Positions 17,786 to 26,574 of a DNA stretch of 64,000 nucleotides are shown in pieces. The DNA lies in contig OZ244653.1 of assembly GCA_965218795.1 (NCBI GenBank), forward strand, positions 4,064,001-4,128,000, given 5' to 3'. The notes beneath the pieces are model-generated. The model saw only the letters and a list, made by a program, of their open reading frames with translations, was not told where the DNA came from and ran no database searches. The translations under genes and the position numbers were made by a program. Position 1 is the stretch's first letter; every line of letters starts with the position of its first letter. This DNA is from a bacterium. GTDB taxonomy: Bacteria; UBA8248; JACPRG01; G963555815.

Positions 17786-18544
17786 GTGGAGCTTGAGGGC
17801 AGGGTCGTCATCATTACCGGTGCCGCACGCGGAATCGGAAAGGTCTATGCCAAGGCTGTCGCAGCAGGAGGCGATAAAGTCGTTGTTTCTGACATTCTTG
17901 ATGGGGAGGAAGTTGCGGAGGAGATCTGCAAGGACGGCGGAGAAGCCATATTTGTTCAGACCGATGCGTCGGACGAGAAGAGTCTAAACGATCTCGCGAA
18001 AACCGCGCACAGACGGTATGGTCGCATCGATGGGTTGGTGAACAACGCCGCGATTTTCGCCAACATTCATTATTGTCCCTTCGATGAAATTACTGTGGAA
18101 GAGTGGGATGCCGTCATGTCGGTCAACGTCAAAGGCGTTTGGCTCGCTTCCAAGGCGGTCTATCCCTATATGAAGGTCCAGGGGTCGGGAAAGATCGTCA
18201 ACATTGCTTCAGGCGTCCCATTCAAGGGAACCCCTATCTTCGCACACTACACCGTATCAAAAGGGGCCGTGATGACGCTGACGAGGGTGTTGGCGAGGTC
18301 GATGGGAAAGGATGGTATCTGTGTCAATACGCTGGCCCCGGGCCTGACGCGCAGTGAGAGCCTGGCGGAATTGCATCTGGCCCGGCTGGACCGGGATGAT
18401 GCCATTGAAATTCAGTTGCGGGCAATCCCGCGCAGCGAGTATCCCGAGGACTTGGTGGGGGCCCTCGTATTCCTCCTCTCAGGGGCCGCCGATTTCATCA
18501 CGGGCCAGACCCTCCTGGTCGACGGCGGGTCCTTCATGAACTAG
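17786..18544 (+). CDS. Short-chain dehydrogenase/reductase (FabG-like)
   Basis: TGAARGIG, VNNAA, NIAS, YTVSK (YxxxK), PG, ITGQTLLVDGG. Confidence 0.93.
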   Translation: MELEGRVVIITGAARGIGKVYAKAVAAGGDKVVVSDILDGEEVAEEICKDGGEAIFVQTDASDEKSLNDLAKTAHRRYGRIDGLVNNAAIFANIHYCPFDEITVEEWDAVMSVNVKGVWLASKAVYPYMKVQGSGKIVNIASGVPFKGTPIFAHYTVSKGAVMTLTRVLARSMGKDGICVNTLAPGLTRSESLAELHLARLDRDDAIEIQLRAIPRSEYPEDLVGALVFLLSGAADFITGQTLLVDGGSFMN

Positions 18545-18749
18545 GGACTCCCGTCCATGACCCATGCCTCATGGTGTCTTGGATTGAGCCCGACGTCTTT
18601 TCTTTTCTCGCCGACAATGGTCTAGAAAGGTCGGTTGGGTATCGGAGAGATAGTCCCCCCTGGCTCTGTTTGGTGGTAAACTCTTCTTCAATCAAAATGA
18701 CAGACAGTTTCATGAGAATGTTCGTGAACAATAGAGGGGGGGCTTCCCC

Positions 18750-19409
18750 ATGGTCATGGACAGCAAGGAATTCGCGATTCGCGTTATCTCCAATTCGGAC
18801 AAGTACGCCGGGCGTCTTAGCGAAAAGATCCTGGATCCTGTGACTTTCCTGGATCGGGATAATCTCGTGATGATCTACAAGCGGCGCATGTGGTACGAGT
18901 ACCACCTCGGGGTTCTGCCTCCTGCCAAACAGATCACCCAGCTCTCTTACGAGGATCTGGATCTTCGGTGGCTGCTAACCGAACAACTCGCGGAGGAATA
19001 CCATCATTCGCGGGTTTTCTCCGATTTGTTGAAAGAGATGGGAGAAGATTGGGATATTACCCACTTCGAGCCTCGGCCGGAATATATTGATGTTGTGCAT
19101 AACACCTTGGACTTTGACACGCCATGGGAGATTGCCGCGTCCCTTCAGGTGACTGGAGAAGTCATGCTGATCTCTATTCTCAAATGGCTGCAAACGCTCG
19201 TGGAGCCCCGGATCGCTCAGATCATCGAGGATGAGGTTCTCATTCACGAGGGAAAGCATATCCGGTTAGGGCGAATGATCCTGGAGCGGTTTGCGACCAC
19301 GGCGGAACGGCAAAGACGAGTCGTCGAGATTTCGGAGACGAAATTTGAAAGCCTCTGTGCAGCCCACGATGTCAGGTTCTATGGCACCATCAAGACGGAA
19401 GTGGACTAA
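18750..19409 (+). CDS. Ferritin-like di-iron carboxylate protein
   Basis: E...ExxH...E...ExxH pattern (WYEY, EEYHH, TGEV, HEGKH); RBS AGAGGGGG. Confidence 0.75.
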   Translation: MVMDSKEFAIRVISNSDKYAGRLSEKILDPVTFLDRDNLVMIYKRRMWYEYHLGVLPPAKQITQLSYEDLDLRWLLTEQLAEEYHHSRVFSDLLKEMGEDWDITHFEPRPEYIDVVHNTLDFDTPWEIAASLQVTGEVMLISILKWLQTLVEPRIAQIIEDEVLIHEGKHIRLGRMILERFATTAERQRRVVEISETKFESLCAAHDVRFYGTIKTEVD

Positions 19410-19441
19410 CCCAGTTTGCATCATGAAGAAGGGGGGGCACC

Positions 19442-19615
19442 ATGTGGGAGAGCGTCAAGGAGAAGATCGACCAGGCCGCCCAAATCCTGATGGAGCAGAT
19501 GGAGGCGTCTGGCAAGCCCTATCCCGCTGATGTCTATCTCCTCTGGAACGACTTAGCATTCCTGCAATACGTATTGGATGTGAAGGTCGAATATTGGGGC
19601 GCCAAGGAAAGGTGA
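19442..19615 (+). CDS. Small hypothetical protein (57 aa), absent from the ORF track
   Basis: MWESVKEKIDQAAQILMEQMEASGKPYPADVYLLWNDLAFLQYVLDVKVEYWGAKER*; G-rich RBS (GAAGGGGGGG) before ATG; fills the gap between co-oriented genes. Confidence 0.65.
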   Translation: MWESVKEKIDQAAQILMEQMEASGKPYPADVYLLWNDLAFLQYVLDVKVEYWGAKER

Positions 19616-19720
19616 TTGTCCCCCCCTTCCGCCGACGGCACAATGAGGGAACCGAAAACCCTTTCGGGCCAAACGCAACAAGGAGATCAAAGCGGGACTC
19701 AAGAACCCATGGAGGACTAT

Positions 19721-20752
19721 GTGATGAAGCAATGCAGCGCTCAACCGATTGTAAGGCTTTTCCTGTGTGTGTTGGCTGTTCTTGTCTGGGGCCTGTCGAC
19801 CGGCGGTCTTACAGCGGCCGCGGCCGAGAAGGCCACCCTGCAAGCCGCCTGGATCATCGACTCGGGTCTCTCCGGAATGTATCTAGCCATCGACAAGGGA
19901 TATTTCAAAAAAGCGGACATTGATCTTTCCATAACGCGAGGCTTCGGTTCCTCTGACACGACCAAGAAAGTGGCCAGTGGAGCCGTGTTGTTCGGCCAGG
20001 CGGATACGGGTGCATTGGTGGTCGGCCGCAGCCAGGGGCTGAAGGCCAAGTCCTTGCTGATGTACTCCAACCACTCCATGTACGGCATCTGGGCGCTTAA
20101 AGGATCCGGGATCACGAAGCCGAAGGACCTGGTTGGCAAAAAGTGGGGAACGACGGCCGGGGACGTAACGCGAACGCTGTTTCCCGCTTTTGCCAGCGTG
20201 AATGGGTTTGACCCCAAAGCGGTTCATACCGTTCTGATGGACCCGGCGTCTCTGAGCGCGAGTTTGATAAGCGGGAAGGTCGACGCCATTGCCAGCTTCC
20301 TGGTTCGGGGTCCCGTCCTAAACTCAATGGCCGCCAAGCAAGGAAAGGGAGTGGTCTCTATCCCCTGGCATCAATGGGGTATCTCGATGTACTCGCTCGG
20401 ACTCATCGCGAGGGATGAGACCATCGCCTCTCGATCGGACTTCGTTCAGGGGTTCATTCGGGCGAGCCAAAAGGGGATCAAGCACGAGCTTGAAAATCCG
20501 AACGATGCGATCGCGGCGCTTCTCAAGCGTCATCCGGAGCGGAGTCGAGGTCTGGCGCGGAAGACTCTCGATATTTACCACGCCCATCTTGTCACTCCGT
20601 CCGTGAAAGAAAAGGGAATTGGCTTCATCGACCGAAAAAAGATGGAATACACCCGGGATCTCATCACAAGATATCGGAGTCTCAAGGTGACGGTCCCCGT
20701 TGACGACCTATTTACGAACCAGTTCCTCTCCCCCCTCAAGCCGAACATATAG
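19721..20752 (+). CDS. NMT1/THI5-like ABC substrate-binding protein (orphan)
   Basis: Signal peptide, DKGYF, RGFGS, PKDLVGK, SGKVDA, LFTNQF; RBS GGAGG before GTG 19721/ATG 19724. Confidence 0.85.
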   Translation: MMKQCSAQPIVRLFLCVLAVLVWGLSTGGLTAAAAEKATLQAAWIIDSGLSGMYLAIDKGYFKKADIDLSITRGFGSSDTTKKVASGAVLFGQADTGALVVGRSQGLKAKSLLMYSNHSMYGIWALKGSGITKPKDLVGKKWGTTAGDVTRTLFPAFASVNGFDPKAVHTVLMDPASLSASLISGKVDAIASFLVRGPVLNSMAAKQGKGVVSIPWHQWGISMYSLGLIARDETIASRSDFVQGFIRASQKGIKHELENPNDAIAALLKRHPERSRGLARKTLDIYHAHLVTPSVKEKGIGFIDRKKMEYTRDLITRYRSLKVTVPVDDLFTNQFLSPLKPNI

Positions 20753-20918
20753 GGAGGTGAAAAGGGACGGAATCGGAGAACTTCAAAGTCAAGGGAATGC
20801 CATGAAATCGAAGGAGAAATTCGAAGGGTATCGAATCGTATATTGAGCAAGGGGGAAAGGACGAAAGAGTGTTTGATTCCCCATTAGGATCCCCGACTCA
20901 CCTTTTGTGGTCGGTTTG

Positions 20919-20967
20919 AGGACTGCTCGCAAAGTCCGGACGGTGCGAGCAGTCCTTTCTTTTTTTT
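20919..20967 (+). terminator. Strong intrinsic terminator
   Basis: Perfect 13-bp stem AGGACTGCTCGCA/TGCGAGCAGTCCT followed by a T-rich tract. Confidence 0.85.
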
Positions 20968-21035
20968 GCACAATTTGCCGTACATGAATGCCCCTGAAGT
21001 CCTTGGCCTCCTGAGCCGAGCCAGAGAGAAGCCGG

Positions 21036-22451
21036 ATGCCGAAAACAAAAGTTGATCTTCTCATCAAGCACGCCGTCATCATCACCATGAACAAAAACAG
21101 GGAAGTCTTGTGGGACGGGGCCATCGCGCTGCGGGCGAAAAGGATTGTCGACGTGGGATCCTCTTCTTCTCTGGTACGAAAGTACGAGGGAAAGATCGAA
21201 ATGGAGGCTCGCCAGAAGCTCGTTCTCCCCGGGCTTGTCAATGCCCACAATCATATGTTCGGCGCCCTGTGTCGGGGATTGGTCAACGACCATCCGCTGA
21301 TCCCCTGGCTGAAAAAGAAGGTGTACCTGACCTCGACCGGCCTGGATGAGGAAAGCTATTATCTGAGCACCCTCCTCCTCGGCATTGAGATGCTGAAGTC
21401 CGGCACCACTTGCGTCGTCGACTGCGGGACCATGCCCGGTCTTGAAACGAGCGCGGTTCACGCAATCGAGGAACTCGGGATGAAGGCCGTTCTCGCCCGG
21501 ACCATGGTGGACATCACGGGGGATGATTCCAGCCAGCCCTACCGAAAAAGGCAGACGACCCAGAAAATCCTTCGGGACTCAGAGCGGTTCGTACAGAAGC
21601 ACCACGGAGACGCCCAAGGGAGAATCCAGGCTTGGTTCTGCCCCATTCAGACCTGGTGTATATCGGACCCACTTTGCAAAAAGGCCTTGCGCCTGGCCGA
21701 ACAGTACGATTCAGGATTGGCCACACACGCTTCCGTGGACAGGGTGGAGGTGGAGCTCTGCAGGGAGCGTTTTGGCTACACGCCCATTGAGCGCTTTCAC
21801 CGATTGGGGGTTCTCGGCCCGCGCCTTCTCGCGGCGCACATGGGTTGGGTCACAGACAAGGAGATCAGTCTCATCCTCAAAACAGGGGCTCATATCGCCC
21901 ACTGTCCGGGTTCCAGTATGAAATGCGCTTCCGGGGCCTTAACGCACGGCCAGATTCCCTTGATGGAGGCATTGGGCGCCAACATCGCTCTTGGCACGGA
22001 CGGACCGGCCGCCGGCAATTACCAGGATATGTTCCGGGTCATGTATCTAGGAGCGGTCGGCCACAAGGAGGCACACCTGGACTCTCGTGCGATCCCCCCG
22101 GAGACCGTCCTGGAATGGGGGACCCTCAATGGCGCAAAGGCCGTGGGCTGGGGAGACCAGATGGGATCACTCGAGAAGGGGAAGCGGGCGGACTTGGTGA
22201 TCCTAAATCTCAAGCGGCCGGAATTCATTCCGCTTCACTCCGACACACTGCTCCCGAACCTCATCTACGCGGCCACCGGCAGCTGCGTAGAGACCGTTCT
22301 CGTGGATGGCAAGGTCCTGGTCGAAAACGGACGCGTAACGACCGTGGATGAAGATGAGGTCATCCACCGGATTTCGCATTTCACGGATCGCTTTGTCGGT
22401 CTCGCCCGGGATTGGGAAAGAAAGTACGCCAATGAAAATTTCATGGGTTGA
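21036..22451 (+). CDS. Metal-dependent amidohydrolase/deaminase (MtaD/AtzA/SsnA family)
   Basis: PGLVNAHNH, EMLKSGTT, TH, AAH, LGTDG, GSLEKGKRADL. Confidence 0.92.
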   Translation: MPKTKVDLLIKHAVIITMNKNREVLWDGAIALRAKRIVDVGSSSSLVRKYEGKIEMEARQKLVLPGLVNAHNHMFGALCRGLVNDHPLIPWLKKKVYLTSTGLDEESYYLSTLLLGIEMLKSGTTCVVDCGTMPGLETSAVHAIEELGMKAVLARTMVDITGDDSSQPYRKRQTTQKILRDSERFVQKHHGDAQGRIQAWFCPIQTWCISDPLCKKALRLAEQYDSGLATHASVDRVEVELCRERFGYTPIERFHRLGVLGPRLLAAHMGWVTDKEISLILKTGAHIAHCPGSSMKCASGALTHGQIPLMEALGANIALGTDGPAAGNYQDMFRVMYLGAVGHKEAHLDSRAIPPETVLEWGTLNGAKAVGWGDQMGSLEKGKRADLVILNLKRPEFIPLHSDTLLPNLIYAATGSCVETVLVDGKVLVENGRVTTVDEDEVIHRISHFTDRFVGLARDWERKYANENFMG

Positions 22452-22459
22452 TTCGGAGC

Positions 22460-22658
22460 GAGGCCTTCCCAGGGTTCGAGACCGATGCCCCAGCGGGCCG
22501 TCCAGTTCGTCCGCTCCACGCCCGGGATGACCGTTGCCCTGATCGGGATGCGGCAGACCGCCCACGTCGAGGAAAACCTGGCCGTGGCCAAAACCCCGCC
22601 CACTCCGGCCGAGGACTACGTCAAGCTTTTTCAAACGCCGGAGGGAAAGGGATTGTGA
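22460..22658 (+). pseudogene. Displaced AKR 3' fragment (copy 3) with 1-nt insertion
   Basis: EAFPGFETDA/QRAVQFVRSTPGMTVALIGMRQTAHVEENLAVAKTPPTPAEDYVKLFQTPEGKGL*; 45/62 aa identical to the C-terminus of 16322-17479. Confidence 0.92.
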
Positions 22659-22670
22659 TTGGAAATCCCC

Positions 22671-25388
22671 CTAATGCGCCTCGTCCCAGTTGTTGCCGGA
22701 GTGGGTCTCGACGACCAGCGGGACGGACAGCTTCTCCGCGCCCTCCATCTCCTCCTGGACGAGCGCCGCGAGCTTTTTCATTTCCTTGGACGGTCCCTCG
22801 AAGACGAGCTCGTCGTGGACCTGCAGGATCATCCGGCTTTTGAATCCCTCCTTCTGCAGCCGAGGATGGATGTTGAGCATGGCCTGCTTGATGATGTCCG
22901 CCGCGGTCCCCTGCATCGGCGTGTTGATGGCCGTCCGTTCCGCGAAACCCCTGAGGTTCCGGTTGGAATGGTTGATGTCGGGGATCGGCCTCCGTCGTCC
23001 GCGGAGCGTCTCCACGTAGCCTTTCTTCCGGGCGTCCTCCAGCGTATCGTCAATGAATTTCTTCACCCCGGCATACCGCTCAAAATAGCCGTCGATGAAG
23101 CGCCGCGCCTCGTCCACGGGGACCCCGATGTTCTGGGACAACCCGAAGGGGCTCAGGCCGTACACGACGCCGTAGTTGACCGCCTTGGCCATCCTCCGCA
23201 TCTCGGGCGTGATGGTTCCCGGAAGAACCCCCGTCACCTCCAGCGCCGTGCGTTCATGGATATCCTCCCCCTTGCTGAACGCCTCCCGCAGGACCTTGTC
23301 GCCGGACATGTGGGCCAGGATCCGAAGCTCCACCTGCGAGTAGTCGGCCGAGAGCATCTTCCAGCCGGGTTCGGGGATGAACGCCTTGCGAATTTGCCGG
23401 CCCATCTCCGTCCGGATGGGAATGTTCTGTAGATTGGGATCGGCGGAGCTGAGACGGCCCGTCGCGGCGACGGTCTGGTTGAACGAGGTATGAATTCGGC
23501 CGGTCTCGGGATGGACGAGCTTCGGCAGGGCCTGGACATACGTGGACAAGAGCTTGGAGAGCTCCCGGTAGGCCAGGATTTCCTGCGGCAGCGGATGCAA
23601 CGGGGCGAGCTTTTCCAGGACCTCAGCACCCGTGGACATGCCGGTTTTCGTCTTTCGAATCGCGCCGGGCGGCGCCTGCTCGTGGAGCTGAAGCTCATCG
23701 AACAGAATCTCCCGAAGCTGGATGGGCGAGTTCGGGTTGAACGCCCGTCCCGCCACCTCGTGGATTCGCTGAAGAGCGACTTCCAACTGGGTCTCCAGCG
23801 ACTTGCCCAGATCGGCCATCAGGTCGAGGTCGATCAGGACGCCCGCCTCCTCCATGTCCGACAGGACGGGAATCAGGGGGACCTCCAACTCGTCGAAGAT
23901 TGGCCGGATTCCGCTCTCGTCCAGCTTGGGGCGCAGGATCTCCACGAGAGCGTACGTCACATCGGCGTCTTCAGCCGAGTAACGGGTGGCCGCTTCGATC
24001 TCGACCTGATTGAACGTCTTCTCGTTGACCCCGGTTCCCGCTACGTCCTTGTACGACATCGTCGGATAATTGAGATGCTCGCGGGAGAGTTCGTCCATGC
24101 CGTATCCTCGGCGCGCGGGGTTCAGAACGTAGCTCGCCAGCATGGTGTCGAACGTGACCCCTTCCATCCTGACCCCGGCCCGGTTCAGCACGATCATGTC
24201 GTACTTGATGTTCTGTCCGTACTTGGGGAGCTTGGGATCCGTCAGGAGCGGACCCAGCTTTTCCAGGACGTTTTGGAGAGACAACTGCTTCGGGACGCCT
24301 GCGTAGTCGTGTCTCACGGGCACGTAGTAGCCCTCTTCCGCTTTGGATGAGAGCGCGAAGCCTACAATCTCGGCCCACATCGGCTCCTTGTGCGTAGTCT
24401 CCAGGTCGATGGCGAAGCCGCCCGATTTCTTGAGCCGCTTGATGAGGGCGTCCAGATCCTTTCCGCTCAGGATCGTGATGTAGTTCTTGTCCGGGGCCGG
24501 TTCATGCTGCGCGCCGCCCAGGATCTCCTCGGCCAGGCTCCGGAACTCCAGTTCTTTCAGCAGATCGGCTGCGCTTTCGCGATCCACCGCTTCGACCTTC
24601 AGGGCGTCGATTCCGAAATGCATGGCCACGTCCGTATCGATGGTGACCAGCTCGACGCTCAGCCTCGCGAGGTCCACGTTTTCCTTCAGCCGTTCCCGCT
24701 GCTTTCCCGGCTTCAGCTCATCCAGCCGTCCGATCAGGGTCTCGACGTCGCCGAACTCCTGCATCAGCAGCTTGGCCGTTTTTTCCCCGATGCCCGGCAC
24801 GCCCGGCACGTTGTCCACGCTGTCCCCCATGAGACCCAGCACGTCCACGACGTGATCGGGCGGGACGCCGAACCGCTCTTTCACCTCCGGAATCCCGATC
24901 CGCCGGTCCTTCATGGTGTCCCACAGGTTAATGTGCGGTCCGACGAGTTGATAGAAGTCCTTGTCGGACGTGATGATCGTGACGTCGAATCCTTCGGCTT
25001 CGGCCTTCCGGGCTAGCGTACCGATGAGGTCGTCGGCCTCGATCCCCTCATCCTCAACGATCGCGACGCCGAGGGCCTGGGTCAGGTCCCGGCAGTAGGG
25101 CCATTGGATCTTGATTTCTTCGGGTGTTTCGGGCCGGTTGGCCTTGTACTCGGGATACAGTTCCAGCCGCTTGGCCGGCGGCCCCAGGTCGAAAGCCACG
25201 GCGCAGTGCGTCGGAACCTGATCCTTCAAGACCTTCCGGAGCATCTGGGTGTATCCATAGACGGCGTTTGTGGGCATGCCCTTGGAGTTGGACAGGCTCG
25301 ACCGGATGGCGTGATAGGCCCGAAAGATGTAGCCCGAGCCGTCGATCAGGTAGAGATGTGGGCGTTCTTTTTGTGGCTTTTTGACCAT
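22671..25388 (-). CDS. polA: DNA polymerase I
   Basis: 5'-3' exo LIDGS..FRAYHA, 3'-5' exo DLET/YD, TGRLSS.DPNLQNIP, ADYSQVELR, LQVHDEL. Confidence 0.98.
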   Translation of the reverse strand: MVKKPQKERPHLYLIDGSGYIFRAYHAIRSSLSNSKGMPTNAVYGYTQMLRKVLKDQVPTHCAVAFDLGPPAKRLELYPEYKANRPETPEEIKIQWPYCRDLTQALGVAIVEDEGIEADDLIGTLARKAEAEGFDVTIITSDKDFYQLVGPHINLWDTMKDRRIGIPEVKERFGVPPDHVVDVLGLMGDSVDNVPGVPGIGEKTAKLLMQEFGDVETLIGRLDELKPGKQRERLKENVDLARLSVELVTIDTDVAMHFGIDALKVEAVDRESAADLLKELEFRSLAEEILGGAQHEPAPDKNYITILSGKDLDALIKRLKKSGGFAIDLETTHKEPMWAEIVGFALSSKAEEGYYVPVRHDYAGVPKQLSLQNVLEKLGPLLTDPKLPKYGQNIKYDMIVLNRAGVRMEGVTFDTMLASYVLNPARRGYGMDELSREHLNYPTMSYKDVAGTGVNEKTFNQVEIEAATRYSAEDADVTYALVEILRPKLDESGIRPIFDELEVPLIPVLSDMEEAGVLIDLDLMADLGKSLETQLEVALQRIHEVAGRAFNPNSPIQLREILFDELQLHEQAPPGAIRKTKTGMSTGAEVLEKLAPLHPLPQEILAYRELSKLLSTYVQALPKLVHPETGRIHTSFNQTVAATGRLSSADPNLQNIPIRTEMGRQIRKAFIPEPGWKMLSADYSQVELRILAHMSGDKVLREAFSKGEDIHERTALEVTGVLPGTITPEMRRMAKAVNYGVVYGLSPFGLSQNIGVPVDEARRFIDGYFERYAGVKKFIDDTLEDARKKGYVETLRGRRRPIPDINHSNRNLRGFAERTAINTPMQGTAADIIKQAMLNIHPRLQKEGFKSRMILQVHDELVFEGPSKEMKKLAALVQEEMEGAEKLSVPLVVETHSGNNWDEAH

Positions 25389-25506
25389 GGCGAATCACGA
25401 CCCCAAGAAGTCACCGGCATTATAACCGGGCCATTTCCCCAGAGACCGGCTGAACTCTCAGGCAGCTCTTTTCGCGTCACAATAGAAGCGAGCGGCCCGC
25501 AATACG

Positions 25507-26499
25507 TTACTCATGTCCGGGGCGGCGCACGTCCCGATAGTCCTGCGTCTGACGGGCTTCCATCTCCCGCTCCAGGTCGAGCTCGGTCCGCAGGCCCTTC
25601 TTGGAATGCAACAGGTCGTTGGCCTGTTCCAGTGAGCCGGCGTCCTTCACTGCGTGGGCAAGCGATGTCTCCCGGTCCACGACGACCCGGGGGTCGAGAT
25701 AAATCGTCACGGCGCAAACGGGGCTGAGACGGACGAAGCACGTGCCGCTCCGGATGGCCCGAAGACCCTGGGCGCCCCGGAAGCATTCGACCGGCAGCGC
25801 GCTTGCTTCGGTACCCACCTCCTGAGCCAGGATCTCCATCTCGTCCGCCACGTCGGCCGTGATACCCCATGCGCCCAGGAACCCGCCCGCAGCGGCCAGC
25901 TCGCTCACATTCCGATCGATTTCCTCCGGGCTCAGCTCGGCGTCGCTTCCGTAGCCTAGCACCCCCAGCATAGACGGCACCTCCAGTCCCGCCTCGGCCA
26001 AAGCGGCAACCAGAACCGAGTCGCACAGTGGGCTCCGGAGGTCCGGCTCCTCCCCCGTTGCGATAGCGTCTCCTCCCACGTCCACCCCGATGATGCGGTC
26101 GGCGTCCAGCTGGCGGGCGGCCTCCAAAAGACCTTCCGCCAGAGCTTTGGGACCCCCTCCCACGGTCACGAGAAGGGTGTCCCGGCCGCTTATCTCCGCC
26201 ACCTTGGCTTCGGTGAACCGGACGCCCGTCTTCGTCCGGGCTTCCTGACCCGCCCACCAGACCGTATCGTGAATCGGGCGGACCTCTTCCACCTCATCCA
26301 GCGTGCGGGCCCCGGGCTGCGCATCGAAGACCACGCGTTCCCAGGCGACGCCCCCGATGATCGTCTCCGCGCCGAACAACTCCATCAACCTGGCCGTCGG
26401 GAGGGTGCCCACCACGTCGCCGCCGCCGCCGATGCCGAGGACGATGGCGCGCTTGGCGCGGAGGAAATCGGTAAAGCCGTCAACGGAATCAAAGCTCAT
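25507..26499 (-). CDS. DUF1152 family protein
   Basis: GIGGGGDV, VDVGGDAIATGEE..LRSPLCD, GYGSDAEL. Confidence 0.75.
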   Translation of the reverse strand: MSFDSVDGFTDFLRAKRAIVLGIGGGGDVVGTLPTARLMELFGAETIIGGVAWERVVFDAQPGARTLDEVEEVRPIHDTVWWAGQEARTKTGVRFTEAKVAEISGRDTLLVTVGGGPKALAEGLLEAARQLDADRIIGVDVGGDAIATGEEPDLRSPLCDSVLVAALAEAGLEVPSMLGVLGYGSDAELSPEEIDRNVSELAAAGGFLGAWGITADVADEMEILAQEVGTEASALPVECFRGAQGLRAIRSGTCFVRLSPVCAVTIYLDPRVVVDRETSLAHAVKDAGSLEQANDLLHSKKGLRTELDLEREMEARQTQDYRDVRRPGHE

Positions 26500-26574
26500 C
26501 GGTCAGACCCGGGCATGTACGGAGGGTCCCGGAATCGGGAAGGTTCCCGGAAGAATCGCGCGCGCGTCCGTCCA

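Noticed and set aside
20893-20967. Guanidine-class riboswitch
   Set aside because: Only loose topological resemblance; I could not match the conserved loop motifs, so it is kept only as an unknown structured leader.
17291-22658. AKR repeats as DGR template/variable repeats or a shufflon
   Set aside because: No reverse transcriptase or invertase is present; differences are not adenine-specific and all copies are in direct orientation.
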